From positions 1 to 34,438 of IMG/VR virus record IMGVR_UViG_3300034283_000549: a stretch of 34,438 nucleotides of DNA; one strand, given 5' to 3'. A program made the translations under genes and the position numbers. Each line of letters begins with the position of its first letter. Position 1 is the first letter of the stretch. Positions 34,353 through 34,438 of this stretch are shown one piece after another. The notes under the pieces were generated by a model. That model was not told the origin of the DNA and did no database searches. It saw only the letters and a program-made list of their open reading frames with translations. The DNA is from a virus. Its lineage: Duplodnaviria; Caudoviricetes.

Positions 34353-34438
34353 GGAGTTACCTCAACCTTTAATCTTTTAAAACACTTCAAACAGTTTGTA
34401 TATGTTCTACCAGTAAATGGGCAAGATGATATTGAAGA

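Overview
AT-rich segment of a large tailed dsDNA phage, most likely infecting Actinobacteria (WhiB gene, many leaderless genes, actinobacterial-type regulatory boxes); the style resembles freshwater actinophages, which is an inference. Bases 1-17179 are mostly + strand: tRNA-Asp, many tiny acidic or CxxC genes, a ~750 bp non-coding control region (3136-3892), GIY-YIG-like and HNH nucleases, an inverted tail-fibre-like cassette, a HAD phosphatase, a short PnuC-like gene, a PD-(D/E)xK nuclease, four tRNAs and a seven-gene glycan-synthesis operon. Bases 17228-34352 are - strand: DUF3310, small and large terminase, several secreted/surface proteins (one with a PA14 domain), an HslV-like peptidase, two tRNAs, Hsp20, CHAP endolysin, SNase, 2OG-Fe(II) oxygenase, thioredoxin, WhiB, a Gnt1/GT60-like glycosyltransferase and a holin-like gene. 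The most striking signal is the non-coding region 3136-3892. It holds polar AAACCT repeats that flip orientation around a central palindrome, strand-biased ATTACGAA repeats, divergent consensus promoters, and adjacent matches to the sites of three host cell-cycle regulators (MtrA-type repeat, MraZ GTGG-N6 repeats, three DnaA boxes). It could be an origin wired to the host cell cycle or a DNA decoy. Several 5'-UTR RNA structures are also visible: a ROSE-like thermometer, a 5' pseudoknot and an RBS-occluding hairpin. All calls come from reading motifs by eye; no database searches were run.
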